DNA of 64,000 nt, from assembly GCA_951406725.2 (NCBI GenBank), contig OX597815.1, positions 61,504,001 to 61,568,000 of the forward strand. The letters are read 5' to 3'. This document shows, one piece after another, positions 1-12,639 of this stretch; within the stretch, counting starts at the first letter, position 1; the number at the start of each line of letters is the position of its first letter. This stretch comes from Octopus vulgaris (lineage: Eukaryota). Under the pieces are notes generated by a model, which saw nothing but the letters and a program-made list of their open reading frames with translations, was not told the DNA's origin and did not search any database. The translations under genes and the position numbers were made by a program.

Positions 1-292
1 TGTTAAGACGCCTTCTGATCTCAGAGATGCAGTGTTCCCAGATCTACAAGCTAATTATCAGAATATGGATTGGATTGGCAAAAAGGCTATACTGGCCCCG
101 AGGAATAAAACTGTTCACCATATTAATGATGAAATACTAAAACTCATTCCTGGGGAAGTCTATGTATATCAGTCTATCGATACAACTCCTGACCCAGAGG
201 ACGTCATCAACTATCCAATAGAGGTACTCAATTCCTTTGAGCACCCCGGACTACCACCACACTTTCTCAAACTTAAAGTTGGTGCCCCTATA
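1..292 (+). mobile_element. Helitron Rep/Hel PIF1-like helicase fragment
   Basis: Translation KAILAPRNKTVHHIND...YQSID...YPIEVLNSFEHPGLPPHFLKLKVGAPI matches the C-terminal helicase motifs of Helitron PIF1-like helicases. Similarity stops abruptly after KVGAPI. Confidence 0.8.
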
Positions 293-920
293 AAGTCTGG
301 CGACTTTGCAACCATCAAAATGACTTTCCTAACGTCGAATGTAATGTCATTGGCAGGGCCCCACCTTTCTCACTCGTACTTGAAGTTGCCAGTTTTGTCT
401 CCACGAGAGACTACAAATGCTCCACCAATATGCAAGATCCATCAACAGGAAGGCTGAACTATCCTATTGTCGATAATCCAGTTATACCACCTTAGCCTGG
501 CTGTTCCATACTCAAGGGCATGGTGCTTTACCTCTGACGCTCGTAAAGACTACAGCCCAATCCATGCTAACTATTCAACCTAGCACCACCAAACTTTAAT
601 CTAACACCACAAATCTACTTACTCCTACAGAAAGGCTGTTGCCATTAAAATTTTAGTTCTTCACTGCAACGATATTCTGTCCTGCCATGTGTAACATCAA
701 ATGCAACGAATTGACTGACAACAGCTAAATGCAAACATCCTGCCGAACTACGTGGACCAATGAGCAAAAAAAATAAATAATATAAAAAAACTGATGTCGC
801 TTTCACTCCAATAACACCACTCAACCTGAGTTGACCAACAGAGGTCTAAACATTCAGAAGTCATCTTGTATTTGTTTCTTTTACACTCAGCAGATAACTG
901 ATGTGTTTGGTTCGTCCTAC

Positions 921-1157
921 ATGAAAATAATACTTGGTTATGAACCAGTGTCGCAGTTATGGCGACGTCATATCTGCTATTGATGACCTTTTCGACCAAC
1001 AGGGTGAAATCTTCTTCACCAATGGGATCCAAGCACTGTAACAGCGATGGAAGAAGTGTGTGTGTGTTGCAAGGGGAATTATGTTGAAAAATAAACCTGA
1101 TTTGGTCACATTCGATGAGAGTAACTTGGTCAGCCTATGAACTTTTTAGCCGATCTG
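921..1157 (+). mobile_element. mariner transposase 3' remnant with right TIR
   Basis: Reads ...DVISAIDDLFDQQGEIFFTNGIQAL*QRWKKCV..KGNYVEK*, the typical mariner C-terminus, followed by TIR-like GGTCAGCCTATGAACTTTTTAGCCGA. Contains an internal stop. Confidence 0.7.
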
Positions 1158-1181
1158 TGTGTGCATATATGTATATATGTA

Positions 1182-1235
<54 letters not shown>

Positions 1236-1410
1236 TATCTGTGTGTGTGTGTGTGTGTTATTAATAATAAAGAGTACGGAGACGTAAAAATTTATGCATC
1301 ATATTACAACGACCTACTACAGGTGTTTCCTCAGCAAAATGGTATACGCCCACATAATATATCCCTCCAAACTCACATTTTTGTATACATATACATACAT
1401 ACATACATAA

Positions 1411-1463
<53 letters not shown>

Positions 1464-1464
<1 letters not shown>

Positions 1465-2499
1465 TAGCATTATGACCCGTCGTTGCCGGGTCATAGTGCT
1501 AGTGCATGTATATATGTGTATATATATGTGTACATATTACATGTACATCTATATATATACATCTACACATAAAATACAAAATACAAAGTTATATCTTGAT
1601 ACCGCTAGTGATAACAATACTCAAAATATATAACAGACTGGAATTGTAAGCCCGTCTCTTGCAATTTCGATCAATTGTATCTTGTCCTCCCTCTTGTATT
1701 GAAGTGTGGCTACGATCCAGCCTACCTCAACTTCTGGGTGGTGGGGGGGGCATTTTAAATTTTTATCCGGCACGTCCTACGTCCCAGATATAAAGGTAAA
1801 AATAAAATATTTCCACTTTGCAAGTTCGAGTCGAGTACTCCCTTGCACGCTCCGTTGACTAGAACCTTGCTTCTATTGTAGCAAATTTACCGCCTCTGGT
1901 TAGATATCTTTCATAGTCGCACCAAGACACTTTTCGATGGTGCTTTCCTCCAGGTGTTCAAATCTTCTTTTTTCTCTACATTGTATACTTTATAGAAAAT
2001 AGTCTTTTCTTTAATTTAATTTTTATTATACATCTGGACTATTCCATTTCTGCACGCTAATTTTATTTTTAATTAATTCCTATTCATGTGAAACCACTTA
2101 TTCAAGTTCAAGTCATTGATGCAATTTTATACCAATTGCTGTTTTTACTTTTGTTATGTTACGATTATATTATACTTTAGTTTGATTTTAATTATTACTT
2201 ACTACATATAATTCAATTGTTATTATTTTTATTGTTAAAGTGAAAGTATCTGACATAAAATAGAGAAATGTTTTTGTTTCACTTTTAACACGTAATACTG
2301 AAATAGTGGAGAAGATATGATATTGCTATGGACTCGCCCTTGGCAAGAAGTTGAACATTTTTTTTGCCCATGAAACTACATGGACCCTAAGTAAGGCATG
2401 TGTAAAATTTGAATGAAATTGGTTGTGTAGTTCTCAAGTTTTAGGGAAACACACAGACAAACAGACAGACACACATTCTCAGTTTTATATATATAGAGA
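1464..2499 (-). mobile_element. non-autonomous Helitron
   Basis: On the minus strand it starts A|TC (TCTCTATATATATAAAACTGAGAATGTGTGTCTG) and ends with hairpin GACCCG-GCAACGA-CGGGTC then CTAG|T. These are canonical Helitron termini inserted in an AT dinucleotide, with no TSD. Confidence 0.75.
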
Positions 2500-3023
2500 T
2501 ATATCAAAATTTAATATTTTGTATTATAATATATAATATAATATAATATAATATAATATAATATAAAATAATACAATATAATATAATATAATATTATATA
2601 ATATTGTATATTATGTTTTATTATATCATATACAGTATATTATATATTATGTTATATACTATGTTATATATTACGTATACATCATGAAAAAGCCTTCCAC
2701 GATCTACCTTGTATCCTGTACCCTGTAAATCTTTGGTGAATTGTTTTGTTTCGTACATTGTCGGGTTTGTAATATATTTATTACTCAGCGAAAGAAAAAG
2801 TAAAACGCCCCCCCCAAAAAAAAACACATACATGTACACACATACGCAGCACACACGCACACACACATGCACACACACATACACGCGCGCGCGCAGACAG
2901 GCACAAATATACAGCTTTGTATGCAAAACAGGCATTCACACACGTTCAAAGGCATTCATACACAAACATACACATAATGATTCGCACAAATTCATATCCA
3001 CACTAAAGCACGCACACACGCAC

Positions 3024-3080
<57 letters not shown>

Positions 3081-3362
3081 GTAGCATACATCAACAAACC
3101 AACGTTTAGACCTTTCGTTTTACTATCTCTAATATATTCATTCTCGTCTATTGCTTATAGAATTGTTGTTGCTATTGTTATTGTTGTTCCTGTCAGCAGG
3201 AGCGGAACTATTTGTCTTTTATTTTTGTTTTTATTGATTTTTGTTGTTTTTCTCTTGTTGTTTTTTAATGATTAATTAGTTTCGACGACTAATTTGAATC
3301 GATTAATCAATTATCCACCACCCTATACATCTCAATACCCCACCAACGACACGCTTTTCTGG

Positions 3363-3427
<65 letters not shown>

Positions 3428-3642
3428 AATGCTATATATGTGAGTGTTTATACATACATACATACCTGCATGCATTCATTACATTCATACATAGATAGAT
3501 AAACATATATGTATGTATACATGTATATAAATGCATATATACTCACATACATGTATATATGTACGTTTGCATATATACATATATACATATATGCGTGTGT
3601 GTATATATATATGTGTGTATGTGTGTGTTTGTATATATATGC

Positions 3643-3699
<57 letters not shown>

Positions 3700-4592
3700 C
3701 ATATATACACACACATGCACACATGCACTACAACATTACAATATTAGTTGACGTGAGCGAGTTATATAATCTCCGATGGTATTCAACGATTTAATAGGTA
3801 GCAGGTGAAACGGTATACATCCAAGTGGTGTAAACTCACAACAATAGCCCTGGTAGAAGCCCCACACGAAGGAATATATAACATTTACTACTAGTTAATT
3901 CAACGGACACCATGTTTCAGTGACTATCACTTCACTAGCAGCTGTTGAACTGAAGACAGTTTATCGTGAAGCAATACGATATTGAGCAGATGTTATCTTA
4001 TGGGTATGTTATATAAATCAAGGAAGAGTGGAGCAAAGAACGAAGAGGCTACATTTTTTATCAATGACTAAGAAAAGTTGTGAAAATATGTTCAGAGTGC
4101 ACTACTGAGAAAATATAATTTGATACACTTACATTTGTGTGTTTGTGTGTGTGTGCGCGCGCGTGAGTGCGTGCATGCGTGTGTGTGAAACTATCATGAG
4201 CATGAAACACGCCAAGAATCGAAATACCGATTTTTCCCTTTGGATCATGCCTTTTCAGAGAGCTACGTGGTTGTCTCCAGAGAATTCAGGAAAATAAAAA
4301 TCAGAGATCGAGAAAGAGAGGAAGAGGGAGGGAGGGAGGAATATATATATATATAGAGAGAGAGAGAAGGGAATGATGTGAATTGGTCGAAATACGAGAG
4401 TAGAATATCAGCCAACAACTGATGAAGGGTGGTACTTTATGTTGTTTGTCTTGTGTTTTTTATCGTTGTTCGAAAAAATAGTTCATATTCCATGTACTTG
4501 TATGTCATAGTTTTTGTTGTACAGGTTTCGTGACGTTCTGTGCCCACATATGCATATATGTATATATATATTCTGAAGAATTCACTAGAGTG

Positions 4593-4682
4593 GATGCACG
4601 CGTTCATATATGATTTATAAAAACATGTGACATATATTAATATGTCACATGTTTTTATAAATCATATATGATCGCGTGCATC
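4593..4682. repeat. near-perfect palindrome (43-bp arms, 4-nt loop)
   Basis: GATGCACGCGTTCATATATGATTTATAAAAACATGTGACATAT-atta-ATATGTCACATGTTTTTATAAATCATATATGATCGCGTGCATC, one mismatch. Confidence 0.9.
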
Positions 4683-4724
4683 TATGAATATAAAAACCAT
4701 CCAGATTTCTGAGTACCTTATTTC

Positions 4725-4889
<165 letters not shown>

Positions 4890-4890
4890 T

Positions 4891-5895
4891 TGTTATGCCG
4901 CCACTCAGACCCAAGGCCTTCCGATTCCACCACGGGCCCTAAGTCGCGATGATGACACTCAGTAAACCGGAAATCCACCACAGGAAGGAAGGCGGCGAAC
5001 GCAGCCAGGGACCAACACAACAACAAAAGAAAGGAGACAGACAGCGGAAGTTGCGTAATTCAAACAATTTGGGGGGGCAAACCAAAGCATTCACAACAAA
5101 GGTTAACAGATCATGTACAGAGATCGAAGAACAAATCAGTTGCATTTAAACATAATACAGAGTTCGAAAAACAAATCATTTAACATTTGACACAATACAG
5201 TTCGATTTTTCAAGACAAATCATTTTTTTTACATTTAACACAAAGTTCACAATCAACAGTCTCTTAGAGCTTCACTTCCCTCTTTTTTTTTCTAAAACGA
5301 CAGTTCTCAAAAAGGTTCCCTCTCCTTTTAAAAACATTTCCAAGTTCTTTTTTTTTCAGAACATTTGTTTCTTAACTCGCGTCCGCAACAATTTTTATCT
5401 TCACAAACTCCCACTATAACAACTTGCCTGCCGCTCGTTGTCATCTCTGTCTGTCAGTCTGCCACTGTCATCTCGGCTGCCTCCCGTTCTGTCTCTCCCC
5501 CACTCACTTGTCTGTCTCTGTCCGTCATCATCTCTAACTCATTCTTTGGTCCCGGTCTCCGCTCACACTGACCGTCTGTCTTTCTCTCACTGACTGACTC
5601 TCGCCGACTGACTTTTCAACCTAATGCTACCCGTATTTATAACGTGTAGCAGCTAGAAGAAGAGAAATATCGATGACAGCAGTGTGTAGAACCCTCCCCA
5701 ACATTTTTTTAAAAACTTTCCATGACCGTGCGGGGGCCATAGTTCACTGCCTAGGACCATTAATAATCGTGCTCTTTGAAAGGACAAAGGAAATACCATC
5801 GTCCTGAACAACTGGAGCGCCGGTTCGTTTCCAACTAATGGAACAAGGGGCATAATGTTTTTTTGTTCGTTTACATTTTCCTTGCGGCCGTAACA
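4891..5895 (-). mobile_element. probable solo LTR (~1.0 kb)
   Basis: Higher-GC island between (GATA)n and (TA)n. It begins TGTTATGCCGC and ends GCGGCCGTAACA (TG...CA with short imperfect terminal inverted repeat), has TATAAATA on the minus strand near 5634-5641 and no ORF. No clear TSD. Confidence 0.55.
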
Positions 5896-5956
<61 letters not shown>

Positions 5957-6017
5957 CGTATAGATGTAAGTATGTACATGTACGTATGTATATATGCATA
6001 TATCTATCTATCTATAC

Positions 6018-6057
<40 letters not shown>

Positions 6058-6058
6058 G

Positions 6059-6107
<49 letters not shown>

Positions 6108-6109
6108 GT

Positions 6110-6149
<40 letters not shown>

Positions 6150-6761
6150 CGAAAAGAGATCTGAAATTCTAGATCAAACGATCACGACGAATACACTTGG
6201 AGAAAAATTTGAATGCATTTTCAATGTAGAATATCTATAGTGACCTCTGATGATAGAGTAATAACAGGGAAACAGACAAGCAGCTGTAAGGTCGGTATCA
6301 AAAGTTGTATAAATACATACCAGCAACACCCACGCACACACGTGTACGTGTATATACATATTCATGTATATATGTGCGTGTGTGTGTATGCGTGCGTGTG
6401 CATGTCTGTGCATGTATGTAAAAATATTATTATATGTGCGTGCGTGTGCGTGCGTGCGTAAGTGTGGGTGAGTATGTGTGACTGTGTGCGTTCGTTTGCT
6501 TGTGTGTGTGCGAGTTTTTTATGTATTGTGTGTGTGGGGTGCGTGTGTGTCCGTGCGTATGTGTTTGTGTGTGTGTGTGTTTGTGTCTGCGTGTATGTGT
6601 ACGCGTGCGTCTGTGTGTTTGTGTGTGTGTGTGTGTGTAATCTCTGCTAACTGTCTGATCTGACACATTAGCTATCATACGATCTTCTTGCTCTCATTCT
6701 CATTTTGAATGTCTGTTGATTTGACACACACACACGCAGACACACATGGAGTTTTATCTCC

Positions 6762-6816
<55 letters not shown>

Positions 6817-7067
6817 AGAGCGAACAAAAGAAAGAAAGAAAGAAAGAAAGAAAAGATGAAGGGAAGAAAAAGAATAGGAGAGAGAGGGAAGTGGGGAGAT
6901 TGACAAGCCGCTCCGTAATAAAAACGTTGAGGAAGGGCGTAAAACCGCGCTTAATAATAACAGGTCTCTGTCACATGTCACGGTAGATTGACATAGTGAC
7001 ACAGGTGACAAAGCATGTGTCGCATCTGGAGAGGTGGGAAGAAGTGGAAGAAGAGGAAGGAGAAGTG

Positions 7068-7175
7068 GAAGAAGAAGAAGAAGAAGAAGAAGAAGAAGAA
7101 GAAGAAGAAGAAGAAGAAGAAGAAGAAGAAGAAGAAGAAGAAGAAGAAGAAGAAGAAGAAGAAGAAGAAGAAGAA
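7068..7175. repeat. (GAA)n microsatellite
   Basis: Pure GAA tract; source of spurious poly-E/K/R/L/S ORFs. Confidence 0.95.
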
Positions 7176-7386
7176 ACAGCCAGGTGATGAGGAAGAAGCA
7201 ATTTATGAGGAATTGAGTAAAGAACAGCATGTGTGGTAGTTGTGGCGTGAGTGAGGAAGGGGTTATAAATCACGTGATGGAATTGTTGACACGGAAACAT
7301 ACACAACACAAACTACAACCAACACACCTTTTACTACTACTACTACTACAACTTAGGATGACGACGACGACGATGATAATGATGGC

Positions 7387-7419
<33 letters not shown>

Positions 7420-7471
7420 ATAAATGGATGGGAAGGGGAGGAGACCCTAAATTTTCCAGGCTAGGGAATAG

Positions 7472-7702
7472 TTGGTTATTGTTGGCATCCATTTTGTCTC
7501 GGGAGACAATGGAGTTGCGCATAAAATAATCTAGTCCGGCTTTTACATTTCATGTCCTAATACTATATTTCCTGCTGTGGCTGTATAGTCCTATCCTGGA
7601 CAAACACTCCCTCTGGCAGGTGCCGCAAATGTAGTGAAGACTGTTCCTGTCTGGTTGTAATGTCATAGTTTCTTGTTGACGTCTTTTCTTGTCTTTCCGT
7701 TT

Positions 7703-7776
<74 letters not shown>

Positions 7777-10318
7777 ACTCCTTTGTATTCCCTCTTTTAC
7801 GGTACGTCGCCAATCTCTACGGTTGCTGGCAACTGCTTCCCAATTGCTAATATTGATGTTGCAGGCCTTCATGTCCCTTTTGCAAACATCCTTGTAACGT
7901 AGGAACGGTCTTCCCACAGACCTAGTACCCCTAACAAGCTCTCCATAGAGTATGTCCTTGGGGATTCTGCCATCTTTCATACGGCTAACATGTCCAAGCC
8001 ATCTCATACGTCTTTGTGTGAGGAGTGCAAACATGCTTGGTATTCCTGCTTGCTTGAGGACATCTTTGTTGGGGATATGATTCTGCCATTTGATGCGAAA
8101 GATTTTCCGGAGGCAGCGCAGGTGAAAGATGTTTAGGTGACGCTCTTGGCGTGTGTATGGCGCCCAAGTCTCACTTCCATACAGTAGAGTGCTAAGTACA
8201 CATGCCTGGTAGATCTTCATTTTCGTGGTCTTGGTCAGCTCATTGTTGTCCCATGCCCGTTTGGAAAGTTGGGCCATCACAGCAGCTGCCTTGCCAATGT
8301 GTATATTGAGCTCAGCATCAAGGGATAGGTTGTAGGTGACGGTAGAGCCAAGATAGGTAAACTTCTCCACCTCCTGTAATCTGTGGTCTCCAATATGTAT
8401 GTTTGGGATGTCCGATGTAGCCTGACCCATGATGTTGGTCTTCTTGAGGCTGATAACTAAGCCAAAGTCGTTACATGCTTGCTCAAAACAGTTGATGAGC
8501 CTTTGGAGGGCTTCTTCTGTGTGTGATACCAGAGCGGCATCATCAGCAAATAGCATCTCCTTGATCAGGACGCTTCTGATTTTAGTCTTGACACGCAGGC
8601 GTGAGAGACTGAACAGTTTCCCGTCACTTCTACTTTGCAGAAACACTCCATCATCTGATGTCTGAAAGGCATGTGAGAGCAAGAGCGAGAAGAAGATGCC
8701 AAATAATGTAGGAGCAAGGACACGACCTTGCTTTACCCCGTTTTTTATTTGGAAGGCGGCTGATGTTGAACCATTGTGCTGTATGGTGCCTTGCATATCA
8801 TCATGGAAAGACTTGATGATCCTCAGCAGCTTTGGTGGACATCCGATGAAGAGCAGGATGAAGAGGCCTTTTCTACTTACCAAGTCAAAGGCCTTTGTCA
8901 GATCAATGAAGGTCATATATAATGGCATTTTCTGCTCTCTGGACTTCTCCTGAAGTTGGCGTATGGAGAATATCAAGTCAATAGTTTATCTGCTTCTTCT
9001 AAAGCCACACTGCGATTCCGGATAAATTCGAGAAGCAAGCAGTTGTAGCCTGGCCAGGATAACGCGAGCAAAGGCCTTTCCAACAGTGCTTAGAAGAGAT
9101 ATTCCACGGTAATTGTTATAATCACCACGGTTACCTTTGTTTTTGTAAAGCGTAATGATGTTAGCATCCCGCATATCCTGAGGGACTGTAACTTCTTCCC
9201 AGCACTGACACAGAAGCTCATGAAGGTGCCGAAGCAGGATGGTGTTTTTACCGGCTTTGATGATCTCTGAGGGGATGCCGTCTTTTCCCGGAGCCTTGTT
9301 ACTTGCTAGGGAGTCAATAGCCTTGGTGAGCTCTGCTATAGATGGCGGACTGTCAAGTTCGCACATGACTGGCAAGATCTTGACACTCTCGATTGCAGCC
9401 ACAACTACCGTGGTCTCCCGTAAGTAGAGATCCTGGTAGTGCTCCACCCATCTATCCATTTGCTTGCTTTGATCCCTGATGAGATCTCCAGTAGTTGATT
9501 TCAGAGGGGCTGACTTGGTTGCGGATGGACCGAGGGCCTTCTTCAAACCGGCATACATCCCACGGGTGTCGCCACTGTCAGCAGCTGACTGGATACTCTG
9601 ACAGATTTCCTGCCAATACCTATTTGCACAGCGTCTGGCTGTCAGTTGGGTTTTATTTCTTGCCTTTCTGAGTTCTTCGAGTGACTTTGTAGAAGAATCA
9701 CTCTTGTATTGCATCAGAGCTGCACGCTTTGCTTCGATAATGCGTGGTCGGCCCATTTTCTTGGAGTGATGGACTTTTTTAGGCAGAACCCTCACCCTAC
9801 TTCTAATTAATGAGTGATCCGTGTCACAATCCGCGCTGTGGTAACTGCGGGTCAGTTGAACAGAATTCAGAAAGGATCTCCGTGTAATGATGAGATCCAC
9901 CTGATGCCAGTGGTGAGATCTTGGATGTCTCCAAGATGCCTTGTGGGATGGCTTGTTGGCAAATAATGTGTTTGTGATGCACAGGTTATGGTATGAGCAA
10001 AATTCAAGTAGTCTCTGACCATTGTCATTCATGTTGCCAATACCAAACTGTCCAACACAAATGGGCCACGAATCATGGTCAGATCCCACGCGAGCGTTAA
10101 AATCCCCTAGAAGGTAGATATTTTCAGTCGTTGGTATATTTTCTATGACACAGTTGAGATCTTTGTAGAACTGGTCCTTGGTCTCCTCTGAGCTGTAGAG
10201 AGTGGGAGCATAGATGCTCAGTAGATGTACTGAGCCAGAAGAAGTCGAGAGGCGCAGTGAGAGGATACGCTCAGTGCCTCCTGATGGTGGTTCTATTAAG
10301 GAGATTAAGGGTTGTTAG
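7472..10318 (-). mobile_element. RTE-clade (BovB-like) LINE, 5'-truncated, young
   Basis: APE endonuclease motifs (IYAPT, LLGDFNARVG, CDTDH) and RT motifs (NYRGISLLS, PESQCGFR, FIDLTKAFD, GVKQG, LFADD, FTYLGS), followed by an RTE-type 3' end (CCATTGTCTCCCGAGAC...GATGCCAACAA). Confidence 0.92.
7563..10318 (-). pseudogene. RTE endonuclease-reverse transcriptase ORF, disrupted
   Basis: Track ORFs 8986-10089 and 7663-8976 are in the same frame, separated by one stop (GFRRSR*TIDLIF). There is an apparent in-frame deletion at KMGRPRI|IEAKR, and a (GA)n tract near 7708-7772 shifts the terminal CGTC..SH Zn-finger-like motif out of frame. Confidence 0.85.
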
Positions 10319-10635
10319 GCACGATGTAGAGCAAGAAGAGTCAAGGAATGGCCCGTGACTACCTGCTGCGCCCCTCCCGATCTCCACTATCCTTCAGAAT
10401 GAGTGAACTATAAAAGATCATATTGATAGGTACCTCACATATATTACGTAAATTCTTTATATAAACGCAAGCTAATTTATTCAGTGTTAGGAATTTTATT
10501 AAAGATTTCTTTTAAGACAGAGACATCAGATCATGGCACCTCACCAATTAGCATCTTTAGATGCAAAATCTTGTCCCTAAAAGTGTTTGGTTGAAACTTG
10601 GGTATAACTCGCAAAGATTTATGTAAAGCCAAAAG

Positions 10636-10716
<81 letters not shown>

Positions 10717-10827
10717 TGATGATGATGGTGATGATGATGATGATGATGATGATAATAGTAAAGACTGAACTGGCTGATTGGCGTTGGTTGAATTATTAAA
10801 TGAGCAGAGGTGATGATGATGATGATG

Positions 10828-11280
10828 ATAAAGACCAGACATACTGAAATACTTCAGACAAAAATCATGCCTTCTCATTGATATGGCTGTCCCAATTGAC
10901 ATAAATGTATCTGTTAAGACCGACCATAAACTGAACATGTATAAAAACCTTCAAATAGAAATTGGCAAATGTGGAACCTCAAGACTAAAACAATACATGT
11001 TGCCATATGTGCCCTCGGAATGATAGCAAAAGGGGTTGATTGCTACCTAGGTCAGATACAGGAAACCCCAAAATGGCAGAAATTAAGATAATGCTCATGG
11101 GAACTGCCCATATGCTACGTAAAATACTGTATATGTAATCTCAAATTCTCTATAACAATACTATGTGAAAAACCAAATATATGATACTATAGGCATAACA
11201 CCAACTTGAACTCCTAACTTGTTATTTCTGGGTGAGACTTGGAGTCAACTTGTACAAATACAAAGCAAAGGTCAAATATA
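10828..11280 (+). mobile_element. R4/Dong-like RLE LINE 3' fragment
   Basis: RPD-LKYFRQKSCLLIDMAVPIDINVSVKT..KL..YKNLQIEIGK, the PD-(D/E)xK endonuclease tail. Same family as 12640-13385; flanked by TGA/TAA/CAA triplet repeats. Confidence 0.75.
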
Positions 11281-11442
11281 CAACAACAACAACAACAACA
11301 ACAACAACACCAACAACAACAACACCAACAACAATGATGATAATAATGATAATAATAATAATAAAGAGGTATTACCTTAATTCACTGGTAGTGAACAGCA
11401 AACACCGTAGTACATCTCCAGCGTTAGAAGCTGTGCAAAGGC

Positions 11443-11541
<99 letters not shown>

Positions 11542-11545
11542 GTTA

Positions 11546-11598
<53 letters not shown>

Positions 11599-11612
11599 GT
11601 TATTGTTATTGC

Positions 11613-11651
<39 letters not shown>

Positions 11652-11680
11652 CATTATTATTATTATTATTATTATTATGT

Positions 11681-11970
11681 CATTCCAGTAGTTGTAGAGG
11701 CACTCGGAGCACTAACAACCAAGTTCGAGAACTATGCCAGAGAAGTTGGAATTGGCATGAGAGCTGAGCATGTGCAAAAACCGCTCTGCTAGGGACAGCT
11801 AGGACTTTGAGATTGGTACTTGGATGTTGAATGTCTTCCCCGATAATTAGCAACCAAGTATCAAAGCTCATAAAATGCTGAAAGAGATCCTGTCAAACCT
11901 CTAACAACAGGCTGCTGCCCGCACTCACCGAATTAACCAGAACAAACAAGACCGAGCGCGCTGAGAAGTA
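11681..11970 (+). mobile_element. R4/Dong-like RLE LINE extreme 3' fragment (second family)
   Basis: IPVVVEALGALTTKFE...ALLGTARTLRLVLGC* followed by a short UTR and (TAA)n. Confidence 0.65.
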
Positions 11971-12079
11971 ATATAATAATAATAATAATGATAATAATCA
12001 TAATAATCATAATAATAATAATAATGATAATAATCATAATAATAATAATAATAACAACAACAACAACAATAATAATAGT

Positions 12080-12625
12080 AAATACCCTGATGCAGTACCA
12101 GGCAGTGTCTCTCGTGGTTTCTGATCTTAACTGGTTGGAAGTGTTATCATATACATTGTTTTGTCTTGGTATAAAAGATGGACTACAGCAAATATTCTGT
12201 TCAATACCACAGATTTGCTTGTCAGTTGTTTGACCTTAACCAGTTGAGTATGTTCCTTAGTGGCTGACGATATGTGCATCTCTGACCATCAGCAGAAGTA
12301 GTGGGGGAGCATCATAGCCATGTGTTGAGAGGGATTCTTTGAGGTTTGAATAACTCACCTCTGGAAACATGGGTGTTTCTTTCAACATCCTTAAAGAATC
12401 CTTATTTAGGGACCTTTTGAGCGAGATGGGTTACTCGACCAGAAGAAAGTTCTAACTGGGCCCCACCTGCAAGGTCATATGCTGTTTATCTTGATATAAG
12501 ATCACCATGTCACGCACATATGTTTGTGATGCATGTGCCTAGTGTACCCTTATCAGACGGGTAGTCTTGATGGGTACACTGGGCTTCGTATATTTTACCC
12601 CAGTGTCACTTTGATGGCAAGCACA
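12080..12625 (+). mobile_element. non-coding interspersed repeat, likely 3' UTR of a TAA-tailed LINE or SINE
   Basis: A second copy lies at 25535-25857 on the opposite strand, with nearly the same 3' end but a different 5' truncation. Both are bounded by TAA-type repeats. Confidence 0.6.
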
Positions 12626-12639
12626 ATAATAATAATAAA

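Noticed and set aside
32-457. Host PIF1 helicase gene
   Set aside because: The motifs are Helitron-type, and similarity ends abruptly at ~292 with no splice donor; the rest of the ORF is unrelated.
3755-4120. Unique-looking sequence as a possible host exon
   Set aside because: No sustained ORF, recognisable motif or convincing splice pair.
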